From: a virus
DNA length: 64,000 nt
Reading direction: 5' to 3' (one strand)
Virus record (IMG/VR): IMGVR_UViG_3300025603_000009
Span: 18,586-82,585 of that record
Position 1 is the stretch's first letter. The number at the start of each line of letters is the position of its first letter. This document shows positions 48,866-58,993 of the stretch, piece after piece. Below the pieces are notes generated by a model that did no database searches, was not told the origin of the DNA, and worked only from the letters and a program-made list of their open reading frames with translations. Both the position numbers and the translations under genes were made by a program.

Positions 48866-51152
48866 ACTATATTTTGTTACAGACGGTGAATATACTGATA
48901 CGTCTATTGTAACAAATTATAGTAATACAGATCAAGAATTATCTGAAGTTATTATAATATCAGGTGATGCAGGACTTACTATGTTAAGCTATGAATTTAG
49001 TAAAATAGTAGGTTCTGCAGAGCCTGTGTTTGCAATGGATTTTGAAACTACTGGACTTGATAGTTATGTAAATGATGTATTAGCAGCTGGAATATGTACT
49101 AGAAATAGTCCTCTTTTTGCTGTTGATATGCAAACTGTAAATTTACTTCCTTTATTAGAAAAGTGTTTTAAAGACGGACTAGTGTGGTTAAATCATAATG
49201 TTAAGTTTGATTATAAGTTTTTACAAAACAAAGGTATTGTATGTAAAAACTTTTATGATACTATGATAGCTGATCAAAGAACTACACAAAATACAGGGTA
49301 TTCTCGTAGTCTTGTAGGGTTACTTCAACGTAAATTGGGTATTGTACCTTATGAAATGGACAAACGTATAAGAATAGAATTTGTTGGAAAAACACTTGGT
49401 AAATTTGTTTTTAAAGATAAACACATCCATTATATTGGTGGAGATGTAAAATTACTATTTCTTCTTAAAGATAAACTTGATGAAAGTATTAAGAAGTATA
49501 ATATGAATTTTCTACTTCATGGTATTGAATTTCCATTAATTCACGTACTTGCAAAAGGTGAAAATGATGGTGTTAATATTAATGAAGAAAAGTGGTTAGC
49601 AAAATATAAGAAAAATTCTGATTTAGTTTTTGAATTAGAAAGTAATATGGATAAATTGCTAATAACTTATCGAGATGAATATTTAAAAGATGAAAATAAA
49701 TTGTATTTACTTGGAGGTAAATTTGATAGAGAACGTGTAAGACAAGAACCTCTTGATCAAGTTGACTTATTTGGTAATACAGTATCTTTTGAAAAATCTT
49801 TACAGGGTAATAAAAAACACCCACCTAAAGTAAAGTTTAATGCTGGTAATGTTAATTGGGGAAGTTCTACTCAAGTTGTTGAAATAATGGCTAAATTAGG
49901 ATTTCCTTTACCTAATAAATTAGATGAAATATCTACACCACGACTAAATAAAAAAGGTAAAGTAACTAATGATAGTTATACAACAGGTAAAGATGCACTT
50001 AATTTATATGTAACTGCAAGTCCTGATATACCACATCGTGAATTTATTGACTTGTTAATTACATACAACTCTACTAAAACTAGAATGAATACATTTGGTA
50101 AAGTTTTTCTTGATAATAAGAACCCTGTTAGTAAAAAGTTTCATACAATATATCGTCAAGCAAATGCTGCAAATAGTAGATTTCAAAGTGGTGGAGGTTT
50201 ATCACAACCCGATAAATTTAATAGTCAAAATATACCTAGAGATTCTGAGTATCGTACTTGTATATATGGTAGAAAAGGTTATAAAGTAGTTACTGCTGAT
50301 TTATCAGGAGCAGAAGTAACTATTATGGGAGATAAAGCTAAAGATAAACGATTGTTAGCTTTAACTAATAAAGATATTCATAGTCACATGGCAACACAAG
50401 GTTGGAAAAATATATTTCTATATCGTGCTGGAAAGTCTATGAATTTGTGGAGAACAGTTGAAACGTATAGAGTAAAACGTAAAGACCCAGAAACACTTTA
50501 TAAAATTGAAAATTCAACTAATGCAAATGCTTTAGAATTTATTAGAAAGTATTTTACTTACAATGTTAGCAAAACTGAAAACAGTAGTAAACGTCAATCT
50601 GGTAAAAATTTAACATTTGGTAGTGTATACGGCTGTAAAAGAACTAAAGCCGCTAAAACTATAAATGTAAATGAAGATGAAGGTCAAATTTATATTGACA
50701 GTATTAGAAATGAAATTTTTCCCACTTTTAAGTATGTTGAAAATAATGTAAGATTAGCTCTTAAACAAGGGTTTCTTGTAATTAACGAACGTACTAATTC
50801 TCGTGTATGGTTTATTGATGTAATTTACGCTTTACAAAATAATGCACAATTAGATTGGAAAGCTAAAAAAGATATTGATGGAGCTGCACGTAATATTCCT
50901 ATTTCTGGTACACAAGCTGACATGATTAAAGAAGTTATGGTAGTAATGGACAGAAAAATTGATGAAGAACATTGGGATGCTAATTTTATGATGCAAGTTC
51001 ATGATGAACTTGTTTATGATATACATCCTTCTCAAGCTATTGAATTTGGCAAAATATTAGCTGATGTAATGGTATCTGTTCCAAATAAATATTTAAGTTT
51101 CACAAAAATGGGTGTTGATTATAGTATTAACGACACTTGGATAAAAGACTAA
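48855..51152 (+). CDS. polA: DNA polymerase family A with 3'-5' exonuclease
   Basis: DFETTGLD, HNVKFD, motif A DLSGAE, motif B RQSGKNLTFGSVYG, motif C VHDE; likely ATG at 48855. Confidence 0.93.
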   Translation: MKNKLYFVTDGEYTDTSIVTNYSNTDQELSEVIIISGDAGLTMLSYEFSKIVGSAEPVFAMDFETTGLDSYVNDVLAAGICTRNSPLFAVDMQTVNLLPLLEKCFKDGLVWLNHNVKFDYKFLQNKGIVCKNFYDTMIADQRTTQNTGYSRSLVGLLQRKLGIVPYEMDKRIRIEFVGKTLGKFVFKDKHIHYIGGDVKLLFLLKDKLDESIKKYNMNFLLHGIEFPLIHVLAKGENDGVNINEEKWLAKYKKNSDLVFELESNMDKLLITYRDEYLKDENKLYLLGGKFDRERVRQEPLDQVDLFGNTVSFEKSLQGNKKHPPKVKFNAGNVNWGSSTQVVEIMAKLGFPLPNKLDEISTPRLNKKGKVTNDSYTTGKDALNLYVTASPDIPHREFIDLLITYNSTKTRMNTFGKVFLDNKNPVSKKFHTIYRQANAANSRFQSGGGLSQPDKFNSQNIPRDSEYRTCIYGRKGYKVVTADLSGAEVTIMGDKAKDKRLLALTNKDIHSHMATQGWKNIFLYRAGKSMNLWRTVETYRVKRKDPETLYKIENSTNANALEFIRKYFTYNVSKTENSSKRQSGKNLTFGSVYGCKRTKAAKTINVNEDEGQIYIDSIRNEIFPTFKYVENNVRLALKQGFLVINERTNSRVWFIDVIYALQNNAQLDWKAKKDIDGAARNIPISGTQADMIKEVMVVMDRKIDEEHWDANFMMQVHDELVYDIHPSQAIEFGKILADVMVSVPNKYLSFTKMGVDYSINDTWIKD

Positions 51153-51154
51153 TT

Positions 51155-51343
51155 ATGGCTCATTCAAAATTAACACACTATGCGTATTCAGCATTTGAAT
51201 ACGATCAATATGAACTAGCAAAAATACTTAATGACTATAGAGATAATTCTAATGTAGCAGCTGCTGATATTATTACAAGTTCATTTAAACCTAACGCTGG
51301 TACTTTTGTAGGTGTTATAAAAATAACATATTATTACAAGTGA
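51155..51343 (+). CDS. Hypothetical protein
   Basis: ATG at 51155. Confidence 0.55.
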   Translation: MAHSKLTHYAYSAFEYDQYELAKILNDYRDNSNVAAADIITSSFKPNAGTFVGVIKITYYYK

Positions 51344-51735
51344 GTAATTTTCAATCTATATTTAATAAACGTGTTGATGGGGAGTATAAAAGGCTTAATA
51401 AAGCCCTCCCTTTCAGTACGTCTAATGACTTTTCTGCATCTTATTGGAAAGGTTGGACTGTAGCTATATTTAGATACGCTGAAGAATGTAATATGCCTGA
51501 CGATGTATTTAAACGACAACTCTTGTTAATTGAAAATGAAATTACAAGTACACCTAAAGATAACCCTTTAAAGTTTTATTGGGGTGGTTATAAATCTGCA
51601 TTTGCGTTTTCACGTAGATTGTATATTGAGTATGTTGAAGATTGTATTAAAAATGATACTTATGTTAAAACTGAATATATCCCTAGAAAGAGGAATCCTA
51701 ATCCTGTTATTGGTGGCGATGATTGTCCTTATTAA
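51340..51735 (+). CDS. Hypothetical protein
   Basis: GTGA coupling; internal YWKGW/YWGGY repeat. Confidence 0.55.
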   Translation: MSNFQSIFNKRVDGEYKRLNKALPFSTSNDFSASYWKGWTVAIFRYAEECNMPDDVFKRQLLLIENEITSTPKDNPLKFYWGGYKSAFAFSRRLYIEYVEDCIKNDTYVKTEYIPRKRNPNPVIGGDDCPY

Positions 51736-52387
51736 AAAAGGCTGTAACGATAAAGGTAAACTTGATAACATGATTGCAAACAATCATATTTTAAGTGATA
51801 CTTTAATTACGTACAAAAACAAACTTGGACAAGAAGTAGCTAAAACTGGTGTACTTGTTGTTGAAAATGCAAGTTTAGTAGATAATCTTGCTGAAGTAGA
51901 TAGTAGTGTTATAGCATTAAAAACATTAGTTAAAAAAAATTCTAAACTATTTAAAAGTGGAGGAATAGCTTCTGTTATTGCAACTACTACATATTTACAA
52001 GGTAGTAATGATACAGTATATGTTGATAAATATGGTTCTTATCACGCTAATATAACACAATTTAGTAAATGGGTTACTGGTCGTCATATGCTTTCATTTG
52101 ATAGTTCATATATAGATATAACTATAGAAAATGAGTTTACACTCGCCTTTGGATATGAACGTGAAAGTGGCTTAAAAAATATCTTTAAACCTAAAAAACC
52201 TATTGCATATCTTACTAATAAAAACCCTTATACTAATACTGAAAATTTTCGTATTGTTAATATTAAACAAAATGATAAATTGCTTGGATTAAATGTAGGC
52301 TTTGGTATTATGTATGGATTAACTCCACAACTTACTCCTAATCTTGTAGTAGGTTTATCTTTAACTAAATCATTAATTAAGTTATGA
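51662..52387 (+). CDS. Membrane-anchored protein, possible spanin-like
   Basis: N-terminal TM helix, coiled coil, C-terminal amphipathic beta strands. Confidence 0.45.
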   Translation: MLKLNISLERGILILLLVAMIVLIKKGCNDKGKLDNMIANNHILSDTLITYKNKLGQEVAKTGVLVVENASLVDNLAEVDSSVIALKTLVKKNSKLFKSGGIASVIATTTYLQGSNDTVYVDKYGSYHANITQFSKWVTGRHMLSFDSSYIDITIENEFTLAFGYERESGLKNIFKPKKPIAYLTNKNPYTNTENFRIVNIKQNDKLLGLNVGFGIMYGLTPQLTPNLVVGLSLTKSLIKL

Positions 52388-52617
52388 CATTTTTTAAATA
52401 CTATCTCAGAAATTTTAGTATAGCTACTATTTTTATAGTTGCTATTGCTATTGCGTGTTATTATACACGTGAAGAATTTACTACACCTGCTGTAGTTACA
52501 TCAAGCATATTGTTAATATTCTGTATTTTACTTCCATTATTACTCCTTATAAAAGGGTATATAAGTTATTTAAAATATAAAAAAAATATAAAAAAACTGA
52601 ACATAAATGACATCTGA
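52384..52617 (+). CDS. Two-TM membrane protein
   Basis: Hydrophobic segments with a basic tail. Confidence 0.55.
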   Translation: MTFFKYYLRNFSIATIFIVAIAIACYYTREEFTTPAVVTSSILLIFCILLPLLLLIKGYISYLKYKKNIKKLNINDI

Positions 52618-53098
52618 AATAATAACTCTAATAATATGTACATTAGCGTATTTAGTGTATATTAATGGAACTGTATATTTTGAAGCATATGCGTTCCATT
52701 TAAAAAACCACGATAAAATACAACCATATAATCCACATTATTTTTTAATAAAACAAAGAATAGTGGTTATACTTGCACTTTCTTTTATAATGACTGGTCT
52801 ATCTTTTTTTACACTTGCAAATATTGTAGGGTTAAGTATGATTTATCCGTATTTTCATGATGGTCAGTATTATAAACTTCGTAATAAACTACATAAAAAA
52901 CACAATATTATCGAAGAAAAATATATGTTTAATGAAATAAAAGACATATATCCTGACAATGATATTGAAGAAGTGTTACCTAATGGTGACCCATACAAAG
53001 CTAAATTTTCTTATAATGCAAATCAGCGGTTTGATTTAGCTATAGTAGGTTTAGGAATACTAGTTTGTGTTGTTCTAGTAAAACTATTATTAGCATAA
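52607..53098 (+). CDS. Multi-TM membrane protein
   Basis: Hydrophobic segments; YFHDGQYY. Confidence 0.6.
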   Translation: MTSEIITLIICTLAYLVYINGTVYFEAYAFHLKNHDKIQPYNPHYFLIKQRIVVILALSFIMTGLSFFTLANIVGLSMIYPYFHDGQYYKLRNKLHKKHNIIEEKYMFNEIKDIYPDNDIEEVLPNGDPYKAKFSYNANQRFDLAIVGLGILVCVVLVKLLLA

Positions 53099-53109
53099 TT
53101 GTGCTAATA

Positions 53110-53193
53110 GGTCAGATGGCGAAATTGGTAAATGAGCAATGCGTTTGTGTTGTGATACAATGTATCTTGTAGGTTCGAATCCTACTCTGACCA
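53110..53193 (+). tRNA. Leu-type (class II) tRNA body with non-canonical anticodon arm; anticodon undetermined, no encoded CCA
   Basis: Acceptor GGUCAGA/UCUGACC plus A73, UGGCGAAAUUGGUA D region, variable arm GAUAC-AAU-GUAUC, T arm GUAGG-UUCGAAU-CCUAC. Confidence 0.75.
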
Positions 53194-53207
53194 CAAAAAA
53201 TAATGTT

Positions 53208-53348
53208 ATGAGAGACATAAAAACTTTTTATTTGATAGCAGCTACATTAAGTATGGATTCTGCTTGTTGTGTAGCTCATTCAAAATGTAATGATAATTTT
53301 AAAAGAATAAAATTAACCAAAAAACAAAAGACTGCAAAAATGGTTTAA
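53208..53348 (+). CDS. Small hypothetical protein
   Basis: ATG at 53208, downstream of the tRNA. Confidence 0.35.
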   Translation: MRDIKTFYLIAATLSMDSACCVAHSKCNDNFKRIKLTKKQKTAKMV

Positions 53349-53447
53349 AAAGTCATATAATACCTATAAAGTTTAATAGTGAACCTATAAAAAATATTAT
53401 TGACGGAAAATCTAAACCACAGGAAAAATATTTAAAATAACTTAAAT

Positions 53448-54917
53448 ATGAATATTGACGCTAAAAAATCTGCTCGACAAGCTGAAGGTGCGCAAAAATG
53501 GCGTACTTCAAAAAAGCATGGAGCTATTAAAAATGGTAGTGGTGTTCTTAATTATGTTTATGGATTTGGTAAAACATATGGCACAATTAATTATATTATT
53601 AAACCTGTTTTACTTCAAGATTTACTTAATCAGAATGTAATAATTGTTGTTCCTTCTGATGCTATTAAAAAACAATGGCGTATAGAGATTTCTAAATTTA
53701 TAACATACGAATGTAATATTCAAATATTTAGTGCTGATGAACTTATTAACGCTAAAGAAATTCATGTATGTACATTATTAGTTGTAGATGAATTACATTT
53801 ATTTTATTCTGAAGAACGAGAAAAACTTATCAATAAAACTCTTATTAAATTCAAATATAATGTTGGTTTAACTGCCACTTATGAAGATAGTACGGGTAGA
53901 CACAAAAAACATAATAAATTGTGGCATGTTATTGATAAAATAGATGAAGCTGAAGGTATTAAAGAAGGTTATATTTCTAAATTTATAGAATATAATATTA
54001 GTGTTGATTTTACGCAACTTGAAAAACTTGAATACGATCAACATACTGTAGCTATTGGTTTACATCTTCCTAAATTTAATAACAATCTTAAGTTTGTTAT
54101 ATTGTGTCTCACAGGTGGCGAAGATAAAAATGGCAATTTTCATAAAGCTATTCAATGGGCTACTTCATTAGCTGTAAGTAATGGTTGGAAAAGTTCACTT
54201 GATTTATCAATTGATAATAATATACAAATAAATAATTTATGGAATCCAAGTAAAATTATTGGATATGCTAAGTTGTTAATGGACGCTATTAGATTAAGAA
54301 AAGATATTGTTTATAATGCACATAATAAAATTAGCATTACTACAGATATTATTGAAAAATTTAAAGAGTTAAAAACTATTTGTTTTAGCCAATCTACTGC
54401 ATTTGCAGACAAAGTTGCATTATCTATTAATGAACGTATGGGTTCTGATTATTGTGTAGTATATCACTCTAATGTCAGTTCTCGCCCTTTGAAAGGAGAT
54501 GATGGACATTGGATTACTTACAAAAGTGGTAATAAAGAAGGTCAGATTAAACTGTTTGGTAAAACCACATTAAAAAATATTGCTATTGATGCAATTAAAA
54601 ATGGAAAAGCAGGTGCTATATCTAGTTCTTCTGCGTTAGATGCAGGATTTAATGTAGAAAGTATTAGAATGTCTATTACTACTAGTGGTACTGCTAATGT
54701 TATTCAACAAAAACAACGTCGTGGACGTGTTGTTAGAATAGAAAAAGGGTACAATGACAATGTACTAATTATTAATGTTTATATAAAAGATAGCGTAGAT
54801 GAAAACTGGTTAAGAAAACGACAACAAAAAAGCTCTACTATACCGTATTCAATACATAGTATCGAGCAAATACGAATTAAAAACACTAAAAAAATTAATC
54901 CATTTACTATACAATGA
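53448..54917 (+). CDS. SF2 DExH helicase
   Basis: GFGKT, VVDELH, GLTAT, LDAGFNV and QRRGRVVR. Confidence 0.85.
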   Translation: MNIDAKKSARQAEGAQKWRTSKKHGAIKNGSGVLNYVYGFGKTYGTINYIIKPVLLQDLLNQNVIIVVPSDAIKKQWRIEISKFITYECNIQIFSADELINAKEIHVCTLLVVDELHLFYSEEREKLINKTLIKFKYNVGLTATYEDSTGRHKKHNKLWHVIDKIDEAEGIKEGYISKFIEYNISVDFTQLEKLEYDQHTVAIGLHLPKFNNNLKFVILCLTGGEDKNGNFHKAIQWATSLAVSNGWKSSLDLSIDNNIQINNLWNPSKIIGYAKLLMDAIRLRKDIVYNAHNKISITTDIIEKFKELKTICFSQSTAFADKVALSINERMGSDYCVVYHSNVSSRPLKGDDGHWITYKSGNKEGQIKLFGKTTLKNIAIDAIKNGKAGAISSSSALDAGFNVESIRMSITTSGTANVIQQKQRRGRVVRIEKGYNDNVLIINVYIKDSVDENWLRKRQQKSSTIPYSIHSIEQIRIKNTKKINPFTIQ

Positions 54918-55492
54918 TTATTTTATCTGAATATATTGATTTTTTAGTTCATCATAATTTAACTCAACGTCAATTTCTATTGTTACTTTGTATTAAAAAT
55001 GCTGATCAAATTACTCTTAATAAGTATGCTAAATTATATGGAATTAATGATGGGGTAACGCCTATTATTGGTGAAATAGAACTTGATGAACTTATAGATA
55101 GAAAATATTTGGTACAAATGAACGATAACGGATTCTTACAAGATTACGTTGTTGGTAGCGCATTTGTAAGTGCATTTGCTAATGAAGAAATAGCTAATGA
55201 GTTTTTAGATGAATATCCTCTTTATGTTGTAATAAATAAGAGAAGAACATCACTTTCTTTATGGGATTTAAATGAATTTCGTAAAGTGTATTTAGAACGT
55301 ATTAAGTATAGTCGCAAAGAGCATAATAAAATTATGCTTGATTTACAGTATGCAAAAGCGCACAATTTAATTAATTGCAAACTTGAAAAATTTGTTTGTA
55401 GTGAACAATGGAGAGTAATTCGTAAAGAACGTTTAAATGAAGATGCAATAACCACAATAACTCCAAGTAATGAAGCAACCTTTGAACTCTAA
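54914..55492 (+). CDS. Putative replication initiator/helicase loader (wHTH-like)
   Basis: LDELIDRKYL and FLDEYP segments; directly upstream of dnaB. Confidence 0.4.
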   Translation: MIILSEYIDFLVHHNLTQRQFLLLLCIKNADQITLNKYAKLYGINDGVTPIIGEIELDELIDRKYLVQMNDNGFLQDYVVGSAFVSAFANEEIANEFLDEYPLYVVINKRRTSLSLWDLNEFRKVYLERIKYSRKEHNKIMLDLQYAKAHNLINCKLEKFVCSEQWRVIRKERLNEDAITTITPSNEATFEL

Positions 55493-56522
55493 TAATGATA
55501 AAGTTTATTTAGCTTTAAAAACTAGTGAACAAGCTGTTAATGAAGCCTTAGAACAAATTGAAGCAGAACGTAGTGGTATACAACGTGGTTTGTTTTCTAG
55601 ATTTCCTTTACTAAATTTAGGTTTACTTAAATATTGGAGATTTGATACAGTTACCTTAATTGCTGCTATGTCAGGAGCTGGAAAATCTTATTTTTTGGGT
55701 ATGTTAAAACAAGATTTTACTAACCCGAGAATAAATGGTAGATTTGATAGTAAAGTTATTATTTTACACGCTTGTTATGAAATGTCTGCTTCTAATGAGA
55801 TAGTAAGGATTCTTGCTTCTGATGTAGAAGTTAGTTATGCGCACGTATTAACTGCTGAATATGACAAAGATACAAAAGGTTACAAAGGATTAAATGATGA
55901 AGAATATGTACGATTAAAAGATGAAGCTGAAAAGATGAAGAAGTTGCCAATATATTATATTGAAACTGCTGGAAGTCTTGAAGCTTTAGGTAATACTCTT
56001 GATTCTGTTATAGAAAAATTTCCAAAACATAAAGTTGTATTAATGATCGATCATACATTATTATCTAGAAAAACACGTGAAATGCGTGATGATTTAGCTC
56101 TTGTTGCTGCTACTGCACAATTTTGTATTGATAAGAAAAAAAAGTATAATAAGAATCTTATGATTATTATGCTTGGACAACTTAATGGAAATATTGAAAG
56201 AGATGAACGTATACAAACACCTGCTTTACATTTTCCAAAGAAAACTGATATTCATGCTCAAGCACAGTTGTATTGGGCTTGTGATAATGTTATGGTTTTA
56301 CATAGACCTGAGTTATTAGGTATTAGACTTTATAGTAGTAAAAAATACCACACTGCAAAACTAGTTCATTTGTATTTACTTAAATCTAGGTTTGGTAATA
56401 TTGGTAGTATTTATTTATATGAACAGTTACATAAAGGTGTATTTCAAAATATACCTAGTAATTTAATTAATGGTGAAAATCCACCACTTCAACAAAAATC
56501 GTTATTTGAACTAATGTCATAA
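55470..56522 (+). CDS. dnaB: Replicative DnaB-like helicase (ATPase domain)
   Basis: AMSGAGKS, YEM, MIDH, GQLN, LHRPE and KSRFG. Confidence 0.85.
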   Translation: MKQPLNSNNDKVYLALKTSEQAVNEALEQIEAERSGIQRGLFSRFPLLNLGLLKYWRFDTVTLIAAMSGAGKSYFLGMLKQDFTNPRINGRFDSKVIILHACYEMSASNEIVRILASDVEVSYAHVLTAEYDKDTKGYKGLNDEEYVRLKDEAEKMKKLPIYYIETAGSLEALGNTLDSVIEKFPKHKVVLMIDHTLLSRKTREMRDDLALVAATAQFCIDKKKKYNKNLMIIMLGQLNGNIERDERIQTPALHFPKKTDIHAQAQLYWACDNVMVLHRPELLGIRLYSSKKYHTAKLVHLYLLKSRFGNIGSIYLYEQLHKGVFQNIPSNLINGENPPLQQKSLFELMS

Positions 56523-56644
56523 TTTTTTAATATTAATCATTGTGATTGTGAATAATTGTTGTATCTTTACCCTATGGAATGATACGGCAAAGAAGCATCA
56601 AGTTTTCTTCTCATTCATAATCATATATCAAATAGTATAGCGGA

Positions 56645-57568
56645 ATGGATAACCCTAAGAATACTAAAACTTCTAAAGAGGTCGTTAAGAAAGAAACAGA
56701 AACAAATCCTGTTACTAATTTACTTTCTTTTCGATCTCTTGACGAAGCTATGGTGATGTGTGATAAATTAGCAAAGTCTAATTTTAATCCCCTAAAAAAA
56801 GCTGAAGATGTACTAGCTGCAATCCTTATGGGAAAGGAGCTTGGAATTGGTCAAATGATGGCATTAAACAATATTTATATAGTTGATGGTAAAGGTTCAA
56901 TTGGCTATCATGTTGCAAATGCACTTATACTTAAAGCTGGTATACATTACGAAATTGAAAAAGATTCTTTACCTGTTTATGAATACTATGATGTTTTAAA
57001 TAAAGGTGCAAAATACACTTTTGATGAACTTATAGAAATTAAAAATGTTACGGGTCAAGAATATCGTATAGTAGCTTTTGCAGGTTCTAAAGAACAACAA
57101 TCTACACAGCTTAATAAATATATCAAAGAAACACCTGATAAAATTCTTATCATCAAACATAAAACTGATGATTTAGAATGTATAATTAACTTTACTCGTA
57201 CATATAAAGACGGTAGAACACCTATGAAACTTAGACAAGTTTATAGATTGAGTGATTTACCTGTAACGTATATGGAAAAACGAGATAATTGGAAAGGTCA
57301 TACTCGTGTAATGCTTACTAATAGAACTACTCTTGTTGGTAGTAGACGTATTGGTGGAGATATACTGCATGGTATGTTAGAAACTACTGAATTATTAGAT
57401 TTTAAAGAAATACCGTATACAATTGATGATGAAGGTGCAGTTACTATTCAAGATAAAAATGGTAACCAAGTTCACAAAGTTGAAACAAGAATTGATATTG
57501 ACAAATCTGACGTTGATAGGGAAGTTATAGTTGATGAAACTGAAACAGAAACTACTACAAAAGATTAA
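56645..57568 (+). CDS. RecT-like single-strand annealing protein
   Basis: AAILMGKELGIGQMMALNNIYIVDGK and NWKGHTRVML. Confidence 0.7.
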   Translation: MDNPKNTKTSKEVVKKETETNPVTNLLSFRSLDEAMVMCDKLAKSNFNPLKKAEDVLAAILMGKELGIGQMMALNNIYIVDGKGSIGYHVANALILKAGIHYEIEKDSLPVYEYYDVLNKGAKYTFDELIEIKNVTGQEYRIVAFAGSKEQQSTQLNKYIKETPDKILIIKHKTDDLECIINFTRTYKDGRTPMKLRQVYRLSDLPVTYMEKRDNWKGHTRVMLTNRTTLVGSRRIGGDILHGMLETTELLDFKEIPYTIDDEGAVTIQDKNGNQVHKVETRIDIDKSDVDREVIVDETETETTTKD

Positions 57569-57631
57569 CCCCCGCCTATTCTAGGCAATTATTTAATTAT
57601 TTTTTATTAATCATTTAACACTTTTATTATT

Positions 57632-58132
57632 ATGTTTAATCCTACTGGAACTCTAACCAATCAAAAGCCTGCTAAGGATAGCAAGCCTGTGATTACATTG
57701 ACACCAACTAAAGGAATCATCCGTGTGAATACTCACGTGGCAAAATTAATGAACGTTACTGCTGAACAGTATCTTGCTGTTGAAGGTGGTACTGATGCAG
57801 AAGGTAAAGTTGTGTTTGCTTTGTATCTTGGTCATAAGTCTGATGAAGAGCAAGGTTTGTCACAAGTTGGTTCTAAACTAGCTTTTCCTTCTAGTCGTAA
57901 CGCTGGAAATCTTCAAATGTCTTCTTCTAATGCTTGGATTTCTATGGGCGGTGTAGAGAAAGAAAAATCTTCTTTCGTCGTAAGTGACGAAACTGTTGAA
58001 TTTGAAGGTGTAGTTTATTTTCCACTTATTCCCCGTTCTAAAGAAGAAGATCTTGCAGAAGATCTTGATGATCTTGAACAAGGTGTAACTGAAGAAGGTG
58101 GTGCTGAAGTTGATTACGAAGAAGAAGATTAA
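57632..58132 (+). CDS. Putative ssDNA-binding protein (acidic tail)
   Basis: Beta-rich core, highly acidic C-terminus; replication block. Confidence 0.45.
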   Translation: MFNPTGTLTNQKPAKDSKPVITLTPTKGIIRVNTHVAKLMNVTAEQYLAVEGGTDAEGKVVFALYLGHKSDEEQGLSQVGSKLAFPSSRNAGNLQMSSSNAWISMGGVEKEKSSFVVSDETVEFEGVVYFPLIPRSKEEDLAEDLDDLEQGVTEEGGAEVDYEEED

Positions 58133-58167
58133 GTTTTTTTAAGTATTGTTTATTATCCATTTTTATT

Positions 58168-58201
58168 AGAAGTGGTAGTGTTAAAACTACCACTTCTTTT
58201 T
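58168..58201 (+). terminator. Intrinsic terminator
   Basis: agaagtggtagt...actaccacttct followed by a T tract. Confidence 0.75.
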
Positions 58202-58230
58202 CTCTAATTTTTTCTAATTGATATAAGATT

Positions 58231-58929
58231 ATGTTTGGTATTACTAAAGAAACCAAAGCTAATAATAGAATACAATGGATGCCAAATCCTGATTCTCCTA
58301 TTCAGCTTGGATACCTTAAAAAAGTAAGTATTGATGAAATAGAAGTTGATTCTGAAAAGAAGAAGGTTCTTAATTTTACTTTTGAAGATAAAGCAGGTGA
58401 AAGAGAACACGTTCATACTGAATGGGTTATTGATTACGATGATCAAAAACTTGAAAAGAAGTTAAAAGCGTGTCAACAACGTATTAAACATATGTATGTA
58501 TGTTATACAGGTGATGTTAATGCTGCTCTTGCAACTAAAATTAAGTATGCGGAAATTGATGATTCAGCTTCAAAAGAAATAATTGATAAAACGCACACTA
58601 CAAATTTTGTCAAGTTCTTTGAAGGTATTGTTAAGCATTTTAATGAAGATGGTGACAAAAAAGATGCTATTTTCACTGCTGATAGTAAATCAATCCCAGT
58701 ATGGGTGTTACTTACTATTAATACATATAATGATAAACCAGGATTGCCGTATTCCCCTAATTTTTTAGAGGTGTATCGTGCAAATAAACCTCCTGTTATG
58801 CAAGTTGATAAACGTTATCATACACTTGTTCAAGAAGGTAAATCGAGTAAAAGTGGTGGCGGTAATGTTGCTACTGATAATAACATTGGAAGCGGTGGCG
58901 CACCAATGATTCCTGATTTACCTATGTAA
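58231..58929 (+). CDS. Putative SSB-like/OB-fold replication protein
   Basis: VLNFTFEDK strand; Gly-rich tail ending DLPM (cf. DDLPF). Confidence 0.5.
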   Translation: MFGITKETKANNRIQWMPNPDSPIQLGYLKKVSIDEIEVDSEKKKVLNFTFEDKAGEREHVHTEWVIDYDDQKLEKKLKACQQRIKHMYVCYTGDVNAALATKIKYAEIDDSASKEIIDKTHTTNFVKFFEGIVKHFNEDGDKKDAIFTADSKSIPVWVLLTINTYNDKPGLPYSPNFLEVYRANKPPVMQVDKRYHTLVQEGKSSKSGGGNVATDNNIGSGGAPMIPDLPM

Positions 58930-58948
58930 ATTAATATGTCAAATATAT

Positions 58949-58978
58949 AAAAGGGTACAGAAATGTACCCTTTTTTTT
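58949..58978 (+). terminator. Intrinsic terminator
   Basis: aaaagggtaca-GAAA-tgtaccctttttttt. Confidence 0.85.
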
Positions 58979-58993
58979 ACTCTTTTATTAACT

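Noticed and set aside
30533-51152. Introns or inteins in terL, the major capsid gene or polA
   Set aside because: ORFs are continuous, of ordinary length, with no intein or homing-endonuclease motifs seen
53139-53207. N-terminal part of the track ORF 53139-53348
   Set aside because: It overlaps the tRNA body; ATG 53208 is the more plausible start
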